Notes under the pieces: model-generated | What the model saw: only the letters and a program-made list of their open reading frames with translations | Databases searched by the model: none | Told to the model about the DNA's origin: nothing | In this document: in pieces, positions 20,601 through 30,480 of the stretch | Layout: each line of letters starts with the position of its first letter | How positions within the stretch are numbered: position 1 is the stretch's first letter | Position numbers and translations under genes: made by a program | Origin: Gammaproteobacteria bacterium | GTDB taxonomy: Bacteria; Pseudomonadota; Gammaproteobacteria; UBA4575 | Reading direction: 5' to 3' | DNA length: 64,000 nt | Assembly: GCA_965220895.1 (NCBI GenBank) | Contig: OZ244850.1 | Coordinates: forward strand, 1,300,861 to 1,364,860

Positions 20601-20812
20601 TTGAGGGTGCAAAAGGGAGGTTCCGCCCGATTTTGCTAACCTCCGTGACCACATTTCTCGGCTTCACGCCGCTCATTCTTGAACGCTCCATTCAAGCCCA
20701 GTTCCTGGTCCCTTTTGCCGCATCGCTCGGCTTCGGGATCATGATCACTACGGCCATCCTGATGATGGTCATCCCTGCGCTGATGTCGATCCACCTGCGC
20801 AGGCGGATGTGA
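17645..20812 (+). CDS. RND efflux transporter permease subunit (AcrB/CzcA superfamily)
   Basis: 1055 aa, 12-TM RND topology with two large periplasmic loops. Substrate class cannot be read from sequence alone. Confidence 0.9.
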   Translation: MSRNASHPGEPGGPIAYMASNSVAANLFMVAILAAGLVALTGLEREAWPTLPFNTIEVSMAYPGATPEEVEESIVVKIEEQVNSLNDIKRVKSVAAPGMASIRIELKSGTDIGRALDDIKSAVGRIQSFPGGAERAEFREMTNRQSVIRLIVYGNVSERSLKELAHRVEDELASLDAVSSVETSGVRDYEISIEVPQQRLRALGLTLTSIADVIRHGSLDLSAGSIETQEAQVRVRTLGQRYDQQDFEDIVVLSRSDGTVVRLGDIAVVRDGFQDTDLIVRHRNQPGAFVEVYRSDGEQVMDVATAVQDHVAKVIIPSLPDGVGVTIWNDESQSYAERVDLLVKNGSLGLLLVFIALALFMEIRLAVWVAAGLAVSGIGALAVMLTLDIAINTISLFAFVLAIGIVVDDAIVVSEHIHYERKRGTPGVAAAIRGARRIKIPLTFAVLTSVAAFTPLLFIPGGIGEIWGALPVIIIAMLLISLVESLLILPNHLSHLHGPDHVPTGPVERFFAQAQGLVDHMVSTFLKGPLDRALHFATAQPVVTVAGAIGLLIISISLLPAGIVKTTFADVVEGDFVTASLEMPDGTTAQRTYEVARELEIAGHRAIERLSRERPEGSPSLLSGVTVTVGQGPRVEGGGLVPEPTLNPQANIATIEFKLLGAQQREISTSAVVDAWREEVGVLPYVRGLAFSGEIIDLGNPVEAVLSHPDPMRLADIASSMVASLRAIGGVFDVRSDHSPGIREIQIELRPEARTLGLTLEELAQQARSAFFGAEALRVQRGREEVRVYVRLPASERNAITDIEGHLIHTPSGAEVPLSQVAQLKSGISPPSIRRKDGQRVVTVTADVDPTMISSGEANSILANSILTDLTAEYPDLTYTFGGEQQQQMESLDSLNRGFVLALLMIFALLAIPLRSYTRPFIIMAVIPFGLIGAILGHWVLGVAMSAASFMGIFGLSGVVVNDSLVMIDFIDQKLDEGSPARSAIIEGAKGRFRPILLTSVTTFLGFTPLILERSIQAQFLVPFAASLGFGIMITTAILMMVIPALMSIHLRRRM

Positions 20813-21041
20813 GACACAGAAGCCGGAATTCCTGCCGCTGCACCCGCAACCCGCACCGCGGATTAAATTTTGTAGGGGGTCCTGCATTGTGCTTCTCGCA
20901 GGCACGGGTAGTGCAGTGATCCGGACAGGAAACGGGCAAACGCTGCCATGGAGTCGCGCTCTTGGGTATCATGGATGTGGTATCCTTAGCTGATGGCAGG
21001 GTCTGGATGAGATTGCCAAACTGTTAGGCATCCAATGAAAT

Positions 21042-22117
21042 ATGCAGGTAACTCAAGCCGAGAGCACTGATACTCCATTGCTGTTCCCATTTCCCGAAGG
21101 CTGGTATTTCGTGGCCAGCCGCCAATTCATTACCAAGAAGAAGTTGATTCAGAAAACTTGGCTGGGTCAGGAAATTGTTGCCTGGTGTGATACGGAAGGG
21201 CGCATATGCGTAGCTGAATCCGTGTGCCCGCATCTGGGTTCGGAACTGGGGCCGGAGGTCGGAGGCAAAGTGCGAAATGGCTGTCTCGTTTGTCCGTTTC
21301 ACGGATTTGAATATGATGCAAGCGGCCAGTGTGTGGCCACCCCCCCTTTGCCCCTGCACCCCGGTCCGTGAAACTTAAGGTGTTCGAGACGCGTGAACTT
21401 CTTAGGCCTTGTGTTCGCCTGGTGGGGAAATCATGGGCAGTCTTCATCATGGAGCCTTCCCGAAGACCCTCCAACCGGCTCCGACTGGAGCGAGTTGGAA
21501 TTCAGGGGCATGCGATTTCCCGGCCACCCTCAGGAAACCACTGAAAACGCGGTGGACCTGGCACACTTGCGTTATGTGCACGGCTACGACAATGTACGCC
21601 GGACCGCATCGGTATTCGTGAATGGCCCACACCTTGAAAGCTGCTTTGATTTCAAGCGAACCCGAAACATCGCCGGCATCCTGAATTTCGTATTTGATGT
21701 CTCCGCCATCACGCATGTCTTCGGGCTGGGTTACTCGTTTGTGCAGATTCATGAACGCACTCTGGGCATGGATGCAGGCTGTGGGTCCTGGCTACGCCCG
21801 TTGACGGGAAACTCATCGACTTGATGCTGGTTGGACAGTTGCGGGAAACGCGCAGGCCGAAGCGCCCGATTATCGGCATGCGCTTCCTTCCCGTGGGCTT
21901 GCGGACAAAAATCTATAACAAGATCATCGCATCGACGCAAAAACGCGATGTCTTGAAGGATGTCGTGATATGGAGTCGAAAACGGTATCGATCCCGTCCG
22001 CAACTATGCCGCGCTGACGGCGAGATTGCACTCTATAGAAGATATTGCGAGCAGTTCTATCCGCAGCACCAGGATTTGCACCCGCAGCAAAGGAACCTGC
22101 GCTCAGTGGAGGTATAG
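21042..22117 (+). pseudogene. Rieske non-heme-iron oxygenase (PAO/Tic55-like or aromatic-ring-hydroxylating alpha subunit), disrupted by an in-frame TGA at 21369-21371 and a frameshift near 21755-21790
   Basis: Rieske 2Fe-2S motif CPHLG...CLVCPFHGFEY in the 21042-21371 segment. After the TGA, the same frame carries the mononuclear-iron motif ENAVDLAHLRYVH (D-x2-H-x4-H). The C-terminal ~100 aa continue in the +2 frame (21755-22117). Total span of about 358 codons fits a single-subunit Rieske oxygenase. Confidence 0.6.
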
Positions 22118-22182
22118 ATTCTTTGCAGACATGGATTCTGTTTTGCTTTAAAGTTTCGGATTCCCGGAAGAGGGCATGAGTC

Positions 22183-24183
22183 ATGCGATTTGCTGAAGAA
22201 ATACTCCTGTTACTGCTGAGCGAAAAGACGGGCTTTTTCATTCCCATCCCGGAGTGGAAAATGTCGTGCGTACTGGCCGGCAGCGTGCTGATCGACCTTT
22301 CCTTTGAAAACCGGATCGATTCGGACCTCGAAACGCTCACCCTGCTCGATTCGACGCCTCTCGGAGATTCTTTGCTGGATTCCACGCTGGAAGAAATCGC
22401 CCAGGAAAAGCAGGTGCATTCTCCCCAGTACTGGGTCGAACGCATCGCCAAGCACTCGGATGAGATCAGCAACATGACGCTTGATCGCCTGGTGAAGAAG
22501 GGCATCCTCAATACCGATGAGGGCGGGTTCTGGTCCCTGTCGGGCAAGGTGGCCCGCTCACGGCGCTACCCGACAGTCGATGGCAAAACCGGCGAAGAAA
22601 TCAAGAGCAGGATCTCGCGGGCACTGCTGGATGACGAGATCCCGGATCCACGCGACTTTGCCATCATCGGCCTGATGAACAGCTGTGACGGCATGCGTGC
22701 CTTGCTGGAACCCGAGGAATACGAACTCGCGGAGAAACGTATCGAACTTTTCAGCAGGATGGACCTGATCGGCCGGACCATCGCATCCGCCGTTCGCAGT
22801 TCCTATCGCCCCCCTGCAAGTATACGTTCCGTACAGCGTCCGCCGCTGCCGACTTTCGGACTGTACGGCATGCTCTCATCCAAGACCTTTCGTTCCGGAA
22901 ACCTGCCGAAGTTCATGGCGGAAAAAGCCAGGGAACTGGGGCCGGTTTTCAGAATCAATGCAGGCGGACGCGACATGGTGGTGTTTGCCAGTGCAGAGTT
23001 GAATCGCTGGGTCGGGCACAAGGGTCGCCTTTATCTTCGCACCCAGGATTATATCGGCGGCTTTCAAAAAGAATGGGGAACCGCGCGGTCGATTGCCAGC
23101 ATGGATGGTGCAGATCATTTTCGCATGCGCAAGGCTGTGCAGGCGGGCAATTCCCGGGCGGTGGTTGAGGATCGGCTGGAAGAAGTACTGGCTATGGGCA
23201 GACGATCGTTTGCAAACTGGGGGGTGGGTAACGTGATCGCCGGGGAGATGGCATCCCAGCGCCTGATCGGTGAACAGATTGCCCAGCTCAGTGTCAGCAT
23301 CGATCCCGGCGACATCCTTGATGCGCTGCTGGCCTTTGAATACCGCGCCTTGCTCGTTCACGTGTTCCGGATCCTGCCCAAGTTCACATTACGTACCCCG
23401 GCCATGAAGCGGGCCCATGCGCGCGTTCTGGACCTGTATGCCCAGATCCATGCGTCGCACACACCCGCGCAGCGGGAGGGCAAACGCCGGGACCTGGTGG
23501 ATGACCTGATGGAGTTGCACCAGGGTGACCCTCAGTTCCTGCCGGAAACCGACCTTGGGTTTGCGTTCATCGCACCGATCATTGCCGGACACTATCTGGG
23601 AAGTGCGATGGCTTTTGCAATTTATGAAATGCTGGCGAATCCGGATTTACATGCCCAGCTCGTGGATGAGGCGGATGCGCTCTTTGATGACGGAGACCCG
23701 GATGCCGAAAAACTCAATCCGTCGACGATCGACGTGGCACGCCGTTTCGTGATGGAGGTGTTACGTCTGCATGTGGTGATTCCCATGCACCTGCGTACCG
23801 CCATGAATGCATTTGTGGTCGAGGGTATGGAAATACCAGCCTACAGTACAATTTTAATTGCCTTTCCCTCGGTTCATTTTGACGAGAAATACTTCAAGGA
23901 CCCGAATACCTTTGATATTGAAAGGTATGCGCCGCCGCGGAACGAGCACAAGCAATCCGCAGGTGTGTACGTACCCTTCGGGGTCGGCACGCACATGTGC
24001 GGGGGAGCCCGCTGGACCGAATTGCAGATGGCCATCAACGTGCTCCTGGTTGCACGTCATCTGGAATTGGAGATGGTACCGGCCGATTACAAGCTCAAGA
24101 TCAATCCGCTGCCCAAGCTCAGTCCCGACAAGAATTTTAAATTCAGAGTGGTGCGACACCGGCATCCGCTTGATCCAGCCTGA
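22183..24183 (+). CDS. Fusion protein: N-terminal GPP34/GOLPH3(Vps74)-like domain (about aa 1-220) plus C-terminal cytochrome P450 domain (about aa 235-666)
   Basis: N-terminus MRFAEEILLLLLSEKTGFF...LAGSVLIDLSFENRI matches the bacterial GPP34-family consensus (LAEELLLLALDDETGK...ALAGAvLaEL). C-terminal half has P450 hallmarks: ELGPVFRINAGGRDMVVFASAELNRWV, ExxR (EVLRLH), PERF-like FDIERY, and heme-thiolate loop FGVGTHMCGG. The I-helix reads IIAGHYLGSAMA and lacks the usual acid-Thr pair. RBS-like agaggg lies 9 nt upstream. Confidence 0.75.
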   Translation: MRFAEEILLLLLSEKTGFFIPIPEWKMSCVLAGSVLIDLSFENRIDSDLETLTLLDSTPLGDSLLDSTLEEIAQEKQVHSPQYWVERIAKHSDEISNMTLDRLVKKGILNTDEGGFWSLSGKVARSRRYPTVDGKTGEEIKSRISRALLDDEIPDPRDFAIIGLMNSCDGMRALLEPEEYELAEKRIELFSRMDLIGRTIASAVRSSYRPPASIRSVQRPPLPTFGLYGMLSSKTFRSGNLPKFMAEKARELGPVFRINAGGRDMVVFASAELNRWVGHKGRLYLRTQDYIGGFQKEWGTARSIASMDGADHFRMRKAVQAGNSRAVVEDRLEEVLAMGRRSFANWGVGNVIAGEMASQRLIGEQIAQLSVSIDPGDILDALLAFEYRALLVHVFRILPKFTLRTPAMKRAHARVLDLYAQIHASHTPAQREGKRRDLVDDLMELHQGDPQFLPETDLGFAFIAPIIAGHYLGSAMAFAIYEMLANPDLHAQLVDEADALFDDGDPDAEKLNPSTIDVARRFVMEVLRLHVVIPMHLRTAMNAFVVEGMEIPAYSTILIAFPSVHFDEKYFKDPNTFDIERYAPPRNEHKQSAGVYVPFGVGTHMCGGARWTELQMAINVLLVARHLELEMVPADYKLKINPLPKLSPDKNFKFRVVRHRHPLDPA

Positions 24184-24478
24184 GCTCTCCAGATCGTCCG
24201 AAACGTTCTGCAATCCGGCTCTTTTTGATTCGGCCAATCTCGCACGGGCCACGCCAGCACCGTGGCAGTAATCTCCTTGTGCTCCATCCATGTTTCCATC
24301 CCGGCGCCTTGGTTTCAAAAATCTTCATACGGGATATTTACTTTAAATCGGGCATCTGGCTTGATGCCGCGGTGAGAGAAGTTTCAGCTCTATTTGAGGG
24401 TTCAGCAGGGGGCGATCAAGTGACTATTGCCCTGCTTGGGCAAGTATTTCACAATAGCGCCCCCGGAAATGGGATTAC

Positions 24479-24511
24479 AGGGTCCTGTGGCATGCAGGAC
24501 CTTTTCTATTT
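24479..24511 (+). terminator. Possible rho-independent terminator hairpin
   Basis: ggtcctg-tggcatg-caggacc followed by ttttctattt. Lies 300 nt downstream of the P450 fusion stop and 70 nt upstream of tkt. Confidence 0.3.
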
Positions 24512-24580
24512 AGGACATTGACGATCACAAGAGCGGTTTTGATGGACATCTGGCTGTACAGGTCGGCGGGAATCTCCTAG

Positions 24581-26581
24581 ATGGAGAATCGGTTGGAACT
24601 TGCCAATGCCATCCGTGCACTGAGCATGGATGCCGTGCAGTGTGCAAACTCCGGTCATCCCGGCATGCCGATGGGCATGGCCGACATTGCCGAAGTGCTG
24701 TGGAACGACTATCTGAAGCACAATCCGAATGACCCCCGGTGGCCGGATCGCGACCGCTTCGTCCTGTCCAATGGCCATGGCTCCATGCTGTTGTATTCGG
24801 TGTTGCATCTGACCGGGTACGACGTCCCCATGGAAGAGATCAGGAACTTCCGGCAACTGCATTCGAGGACTCCGGGGCATCCGGAGTACGGGGACACCCC
24901 GGGCGTGGAAACCACGACCGGCCCGCTGGGACAGGGCCTGGCCAATGCGGTAGGTATGGCACTGGCGGAAAAGGTTCTGGCCGCGACGTTCAATCGGGGT
25001 GATCTGAACATTGTTGACCACTACACCTACGTGTTTGCAGGTGATGGCTGCCTGATGGAGGGAATCTCGCACGAGGCATGCTCCCTTGCAGGGACGCTCG
25101 GGCTGGGCAAGCTGATCATGTTTTACGATGACAACGGGATCTCCATAGACGGCGAGGTCGAGGGCTGGTTCACTGACGATACCCCGAAACGGTTTCAGTC
25201 CTATGGATGGCATGTCATTGCAGACGTAGATGGTCATGATACTGCCCAGATCAAAACAGCGATCGAGAATGCAAGGGATGCGCTGACGCGCCCCACGCTG
25301 ATCTGCTGCAAAACGGTGATTGGCTGGGGTGCACCAAACAAGCAGGGCACGGCAGCCACCCACGGCGCTCCACTGGGCGAGCAGGAGATTGAACAGGCGC
25401 GTGCCCGGATCGGCTGGGAGCACCAGCCTTTCCATATCCCCGAGTCCGTGTACAGTCAATGGGATGCTACGGAAAAGGGCAGTGCACGGCAGGCGATATG
25501 GGAAGAACGATTTGGACACTACCAACAGCAGTACCCGGAGCTTGCCGCCCAGTTTTCTAGAAGAATGCAAGGGGTCTTGCCCCCGGAGTGGGATACGGAA
25601 TCGGACAAGGTGGTCAGCAAGGCGGTTGCCGAAGAACAGACCGTGGCCACACGCAAGGCCTCGGAACTTGCCCTGGAAGGGTACGCGAACCTGCTGCCCG
25701 AAATCATCGGAGGTTCGGCGGACCTGACCGGCTCCAATAATACCTGGTGGTCCGGTTCGGTGGCCATCAGTACGGAGCAGGTGCCCGGAAACTACATCTA
25801 CTATGGTGTGAGGGAGTTCGGGATGTCGGCGATCAACACTGGCATTGCCCTGCATGGCGGGTTTATCCCCTATAGCGCCACCTTTCTTGTATTTTCGGAG
25901 TACGCACGCAACGCCCTGCGCATGGCGGCCCTGATGGGGCAGAGAAACATCTTCGTGTACACCCACGATTCAATCGGACTCGGGGAAGACGGTCCGACGC
26001 ACCAGGCCGTGGAACAGCTTGCCACGCTTCGATATATCCCGAACATGTCGGTATGGCGTACTGCGGATACGGTAGAAACCGCGGTCGCATGGAAATATGC
26101 AATCGAACGAGACAACGGGCCCACCAGCCTGGTCTTTTCGCGCCAGAACCTGCCTTTCATACCGCGAAGTGCAGAACAGGTCGCCCGGATTGCCAGGGGC
26201 GGCTATGTCCTGCTCGATTGCGCCACCGTCCCTGAGATCATACTGATTGCGACCGGGTCTGAGCTCGGGATTGCGCTGCAGGCTGCAGAAGAACTAAGCA
26301 GCCGGGGCCGGAAAGTGCGTCTGGTTTCCATGCCAAGTACGGATGTATTCGATGCCCAGGACGAGACGTACAGGGAATCGGTGCTGCCCGGTACCGTGCG
26401 GACGCGTTTGGCCGTTGAGGCGGGCGTGTCCGATTACTGGCTGAAGTATGTAGGCCTTGAGGGGGATGCCATTGGAATTTCCACGTTCGGGGCATCTGCA
26501 CCCGGTCCTGCCGTGATGCAGCATTTTGGCTTTACCCGCGATCGTATCGTCGAGCACGCCCTGGCCATGCTTGACGGTTAG
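24581..26581 (+). CDS. tkt: Transketolase
   Basis: 666 aa. ThDP motifs (...[11 protein letters not shown]..., GDGCLMEG) throughout. Confidence 0.95.
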   Translation: MENRLELANAIRALSMDAVQCANSGHPGMPMGMADIAEVLWNDYLKHNPNDPRWPDRDRFVLSNGHGSMLLYSVLHLTGYDVPMEEIRNFRQLHSRTPGHPEYGDTPGVETTTGPLGQGLANAVGMALAEKVLAATFNRGDLNIVDHYTYVFAGDGCLMEGISHEACSLAGTLGLGKLIMFYDDNGISIDGEVEGWFTDDTPKRFQSYGWHVIADVDGHDTAQIKTAIENARDALTRPTLICCKTVIGWGAPNKQGTAATHGAPLGEQEIEQARARIGWEHQPFHIPESVYSQWDATEKGSARQAIWEERFGHYQQQYPELAAQFSRRMQGVLPPEWDTESDKVVSKAVAEEQTVATRKASELALEGYANLLPEIIGGSADLTGSNNTWWSGSVAISTEQVPGNYIYYGVREFGMSAINTGIALHGGFIPYSATFLVFSEYARNALRMAALMGQRNIFVYTHDSIGLGEDGPTHQAVEQLATLRYIPNMSVWRTADTVETAVAWKYAIERDNGPTSLVFSRQNLPFIPRSAEQVARIARGGYVLLDCATVPEIILIATGSELGIALQAAEELSSRGRKVRLVSMPSTDVFDAQDETYRESVLPGTVRTRLAVEAGVSDYWLKYVGLEGDAIGISTFGASAPGPAVMQHFGFTRDRIVEHALAMLDG

Positions 26582-26615
26582 ATGTTTTGTTTTCGAGATA
26601 AGTACGGAGAATGTG

Positions 26616-27620
26616 ATGACTATAAGACTTGCGATTAATGGTTACGGGAGGATCGGCAGAAATATCATGCGGGCACTGTACGAGTCGGGCCGCAACAAGG
26701 AAATTCAGGTGGTTGCCATCAATGACCTGGGTGATGCGAACACCAATGCACACCTGACCCGATTTGACACCGCACATGGGAGGTTCAATGGCACGATCGA
26801 GGTTGATGGCGAGTACATGATCATCAATGGAGACCGCATCCGTGTATGTGCCGAGCGCGACCCGAGTCAGCTCCCCTGGGGTGATCTGGACATCGATGTC
26901 GTGCATGAGAGTACGGGCTTTTTTGCCAGCAAGGAGAAGGCATCAGGCCATCTGCAAGCCGGGGCAAAGAAGGTCATCATTTCTGCACCCGGAGGCTCGG
27001 ATGTGGATGCCACGATTGTGTACGGTGTCAATCACGACATCCTGAGCGCCAAGGACACGGTGATCTCCAACGCTTCATGCACTACCAACTGCCTGGCACC
27101 GATGGTAAAGCCGTTACATGAGAAAATCGGTGTCGAAAATGGAGTCATGACCACGGTGCATGCCTACACCAATGACCAGGTGCTGACCGATATCTACCAT
27201 ACCGATTTGCGGCGTGCACGCTCGGCAACCATGTCGATGATCCCCACCAAAACCGGTGCGGCCTCTGCAGTCGGCCTGGTGTTGCCCGAGCTGAACGGCA
27301 AGCTTGACGGCTTTGCCATCCGGGTTCCGACCATCAATGTTTCGCTGGTGGACCTGACATTCCTGGCGGCCCGGGATACCAGTGTTGAAGAAGTCAATTC
27401 CGTCATGCGCGATGCGGCCGACGACAAGGTGCTGGGGTATGTGGATGCGCCACTGGTGTCCGTGGACTTTAACCATGACGCCCACTCCTCCAACTTCGAT
27501 GCATCCCTGACCAAGGTGATGGGCGGGCGCAATGTGAAGGTCTGCTCCTGGTATGACAACGAGTGGGGCTTTTCCAACCGCATGCTGGATACGACACTTG
27601 CACTGATGAGTGCCAAGTGA
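26616..27620 (+). CDS. gap: Glyceraldehyde-3-phosphate dehydrogenase
   Basis: INGYGRIGR Rossmann motif and [10 protein letters not shown] catalytic Cys. Start at ATG 26616 with ggaga RBS 8 nt upstream. Confidence 0.95.
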   Translation: MTIRLAINGYGRIGRNIMRALYESGRNKEIQVVAINDLGDANTNAHLTRFDTAHGRFNGTIEVDGEYMIINGDRIRVCAERDPSQLPWGDLDIDVVHESTGFFASKEKASGHLQAGAKKVIISAPGGSDVDATIVYGVNHDILSAKDTVISNASCTTNCLAPMVKPLHEKIGVENGVMTTVHAYTNDQVLTDIYHTDLRRARSATMSMIPTKTGAASAVGLVLPELNGKLDGFAIRVPTINVSLVDLTFLAARDTSVEEVNSVMRDAADDKVLGYVDAPLVSVDFNHDAHSSNFDASLTKVMGGRNVKVCSWYDNEWGFSNRMLDTTLALMSAK

Positions 27621-27687
27621 CAAGCCATCCCGGCGGCCACCGTTCAGAAACGCCCAGGCCATCCACCGGGTCCCGTCCGTGCTGAGC

Positions 27688-28851
27688 ATGACTGACCTCG
27701 ATCTCGCGGGTCGCCGTGTGCTGATCCGTGAGGACCTGAACGTACCCGTGAAAAACGGACGGGTTACCAGTGCCGCGCGAATCGAAGCGGCCCTGCCCAC
27801 CATACGTTTGGCCATGGAACAGGGCGCCAAGGTCATCCTGCTCTCTCACAGGGGACGGCCCGAAAAGGGGTGTCATGACGAGGATTTCACTCTTCTGCCG
27901 GTTGCAGAGTATCTTGAAGCAAACTGCGGCCTTGAAGTGCATTTCGAGAAAGACTGGCTGGATGGCATCGAGGCACAGGCCGGCCGGGTCACGCTGTGTG
28001 AGAACGTTCGTTTCCAAGCCGGTGAACTCAGCAATGATGAACGGCTCGCGCGAAAGATCGCGGGCTTGTGCGACATCTACGTGATGGATGCGTTTGGAAC
28101 CGCCCACCGTGCCCAGGCTTCGACCCATGGTGTCGCGAAGTACGCTCCCGTTGCCTGTGCGGGCCCGCTGCTGGAGAAGGAGCTGCATGTACTGGACAAG
28201 TCCCTGGCCAGCCCGGACCGGCCGTTGGTCGGAATCGTGGGAGGTTCGAAAGTCTCAACAAAGCTGAAAATTCTGGAATCGTTGCTGGACAAAGTGGACC
28301 AGCTGATCGTTGGCGGGGGGATCGCCAACACATTTCTGGCCGCGGCGGGGAAGCCGGTCGGAAATTCCCTGTATGAGAAAGACCAGGTGGGCATCGCCAG
28401 GGATTTACTGGCGGAAGGCCGTCGTCGGGAGATGGAGATTCCGCTGCCAACGGACGTGGTTTGCGCAACCGAGGTATCCGAGCTTGCAACGGCCACGACG
28501 AAGTATGTGGACAAGGTCGGTCGGGAGGACATGATTCTGGACTTTGGCCCCGACTCGTCGAAAAGACTGGCATCCTGCCTGTCCAATGCAGGTACAATCA
28601 TATGGAATGGCCCGGTTGGAGTATTTGAGCTTGAAACCTTTTCGCAGGGTACGGAGGTTGTCGCCAGGGCCGTTGCCAAGAGCCGGGCGTTCTCGATCGC
28701 TGGAGGCGGTGATACGCTGGCCGCTATCGACCTGTATGATCTGGGGGACCAAATTTCATACATCTCCACCGGAGGCGGTGCATTTCTTGAATATCTGGAA
28801 GGGAAAGTCCTGCCCGCCGTTGGCATTCTGGAACAAAGAGCAAATCGCTAG
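27688..28851 (+). CDS. pgk: Phosphoglycerate kinase
   Basis: [21 protein letters not shown]-terminus aligns with the E. coli Pgk start. An upstream GTG (27679) is also possible. Confidence 0.9.
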   Translation: MTDLDLAGRRVLIREDLNVPVKNGRVTSAARIEAALPTIRLAMEQGAKVILLSHRGRPEKGCHDEDFTLLPVAEYLEANCGLEVHFEKDWLDGIEAQAGRVTLCENVRFQAGELSNDERLARKIAGLCDIYVMDAFGTAHRAQASTHGVAKYAPVACAGPLLEKELHVLDKSLASPDRPLVGIVGGSKVSTKLKILESLLDKVDQLIVGGGIANTFLAAAGKPVGNSLYEKDQVGIARDLLAEGRRREMEIPLPTDVVCATEVSELATATTKYVDKVGREDMILDFGPDSSKRLASCLSNAGTIIWNGPVGVFELETFSQGTEVVARAVAKSRAFSIAGGGDTLAAIDLYDLGDQISYISTGGGAFLEYLEGKVLPAVGILEQRANR

Positions 28852-28914
28852 TGCGTAGAATCACCCGCAGTATACTCATCGGCCCATGCACGTTGTGTTG
28901 GGCAGCGCAACCCG

Positions 28915-30408
28915 ATGCCGGAAACTGACATGGAGTCAACTGCAGGAGTCCGTGACAGGAAAACAATTTTCCGGCATACCAAGATTATTGCAACCCTTGG
29001 CCCTGCCACAGACAGTGAGCAGATCATGGCCGGTCTGATCGATGTCGGCATCGATCTTGTACGCCTTAATTTTTCACACAGTACCTACAAGGAGAATCGA
29101 TGGCGCATTGATACCTTGCGCAGGCTGAGCAAGGAAAAACACCACGAGGTCGGCGTGTTGGGAGACCTTCAGGGCGCAAAAATCAGAATCGGGGCATTCA
29201 AGGACAAACGGGTTCATCTGGATGCCAGGCAGACATTCTGTATCGATCCGAACCTGCCTCTTGACCAGGGGGATGAGACGATAGTCGGCGCTACATACCC
29301 GGGGTTGGCGGATGATGTGAGCGCAGGTGACAGCCTGTTGATCGATGACGGAAGGATCGTGCTCAAGGTTACCAACGTGGCCGAGGGCAAGATCCATAAT
29401 GAAGTCGTGATGGGAGGGGAGTTGCTGAGCAGCAAGGGCATCAACCGCCAGGGCGGAGGGCTGGCCGTTGCCACGCTGACAGACAAGGACCGGCAGGACA
29501 TTCGTGATGCCGTGAGGCTGGACATTGACTATCTGGCCGTTTCGTTCCCCCGCTCGGCGGAAGATGTCCGACAGGCCAGAAGGCTGTTCGAGGAAGCCGG
29601 TGGTCGCGGCGGGATCATTGCCAAGATAGAGCGCACTGAAGCGCTGGATGCCATTGATGAAATCCTGGATGAGTGTGACGCGATCATGATCGGCCGGGGA
29701 GACCTCGGTGTCGAGATCGGCGATGCGGAAGTCCCCGGCGTGCAGGAGTCGCTGATTGACCAGGCGCATGCCAAAAACCGCATTGCGATCACGGCCACAC
29801 AGATGATGGAGTCGATGACCTTCAGTCCGATCCCGACCCGCGCCGAAGTCTCGGATGTGGCCAATGCCGTGCTGGACGGAACCGATGCGGTGATGCTTTC
29901 AGGCGAGACCGCGGTTGGGAAATATCCTGTTCAGTCGGTCAAGGCCATGCATCGCACCTGCCTTGCCTCGGAGCGGCGGATTTTGAATACGGTATCGGAT
30001 CATCGCATGTATTCAAGATTTGAAAGGGTCGACGAGGCCATTGCCATGTCGGCGATGTACACCGCGAACTATTTGAACGTGACCGCCATCGCCGCACTGA
30101 CCGAATCGGGTTCCACGGCCCTGTGGATGTCCCGGATCAGTTCGGAAATTCCCATTTATGCATTGACGCAGCATAAGAAAACCCTGCGCAGGGTGACCTT
30201 GTACAAAGGGGTCTATCCGGCGCCCATGGAAATCCTCAGCCGCTCCCATGCGGAGGTCAACAAGAATGCAATCGATGTGTTGCTCCGCTGCGGGGTTGTG
30301 CAGGAAAACGACCTGGTTATCATTACCAAGGGCGATTTGATCGGGGTGGACGGGGGTACGAATGCGCTGAAAATCGTTCGTGTCGGACATTTGATAGAGC
30401 CGGAATGA
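28915..30408 (+). CDS. pyk: Pyruvate kinase
   Basis: ...TKIIATLGPA..., ...MVARGDLG-like IMIGRGDLGVEIG. 497 aa. An alternative start at ATG 28930 is possible. Confidence 0.9.
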   Translation: MPETDMESTAGVRDRKTIFRHTKIIATLGPATDSEQIMAGLIDVGIDLVRLNFSHSTYKENRWRIDTLRRLSKEKHHEVGVLGDLQGAKIRIGAFKDKRVHLDARQTFCIDPNLPLDQGDETIVGATYPGLADDVSAGDSLLIDDGRIVLKVTNVAEGKIHNEVVMGGELLSSKGINRQGGGLAVATLTDKDRQDIRDAVRLDIDYLAVSFPRSAEDVRQARRLFEEAGGRGGIIAKIERTEALDAIDEILDECDAIMIGRGDLGVEIGDAEVPGVQESLIDQAHAKNRIAITATQMMESMTFSPIPTRAEVSDVANAVLDGTDAVMLSGETAVGKYPVQSVKAMHRTCLASERRILNTVSDHRMYSRFERVDEAIAMSAMYTANYLNVTAIAALTESGSTALWMSRISSEIPIYALTQHKKTLRRVTLYKGVYPAPMEILSRSHAEVNKNAIDVLLRCGVVQENDLVIITKGDLIGVDGGTNALKIVRVGHLIEPE

Positions 30409-30480
30409 TGGTTGGCATCGGTGGGCTTGCGAACCTGCCTGCCGGTTCCGAGTTTTGTGATCCGTATGAGGAGAAACCGT

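Noticed and set aside
21924-22547. 207-aa minus-strand ORF spanning the Rieske 3' end and P450-fusion 5' end
   Set aside because: Antisense to two genes that have clear motifs, with no homology of its own.
24506-25966. 486-aa minus-strand ORF
   Set aside because: Antisense to transketolase, with no motifs: a shadow ORF.
27114-29769. Several 230-250-aa minus-strand ORFs
   Set aside because: Antisense to gap, pgk and pyk.
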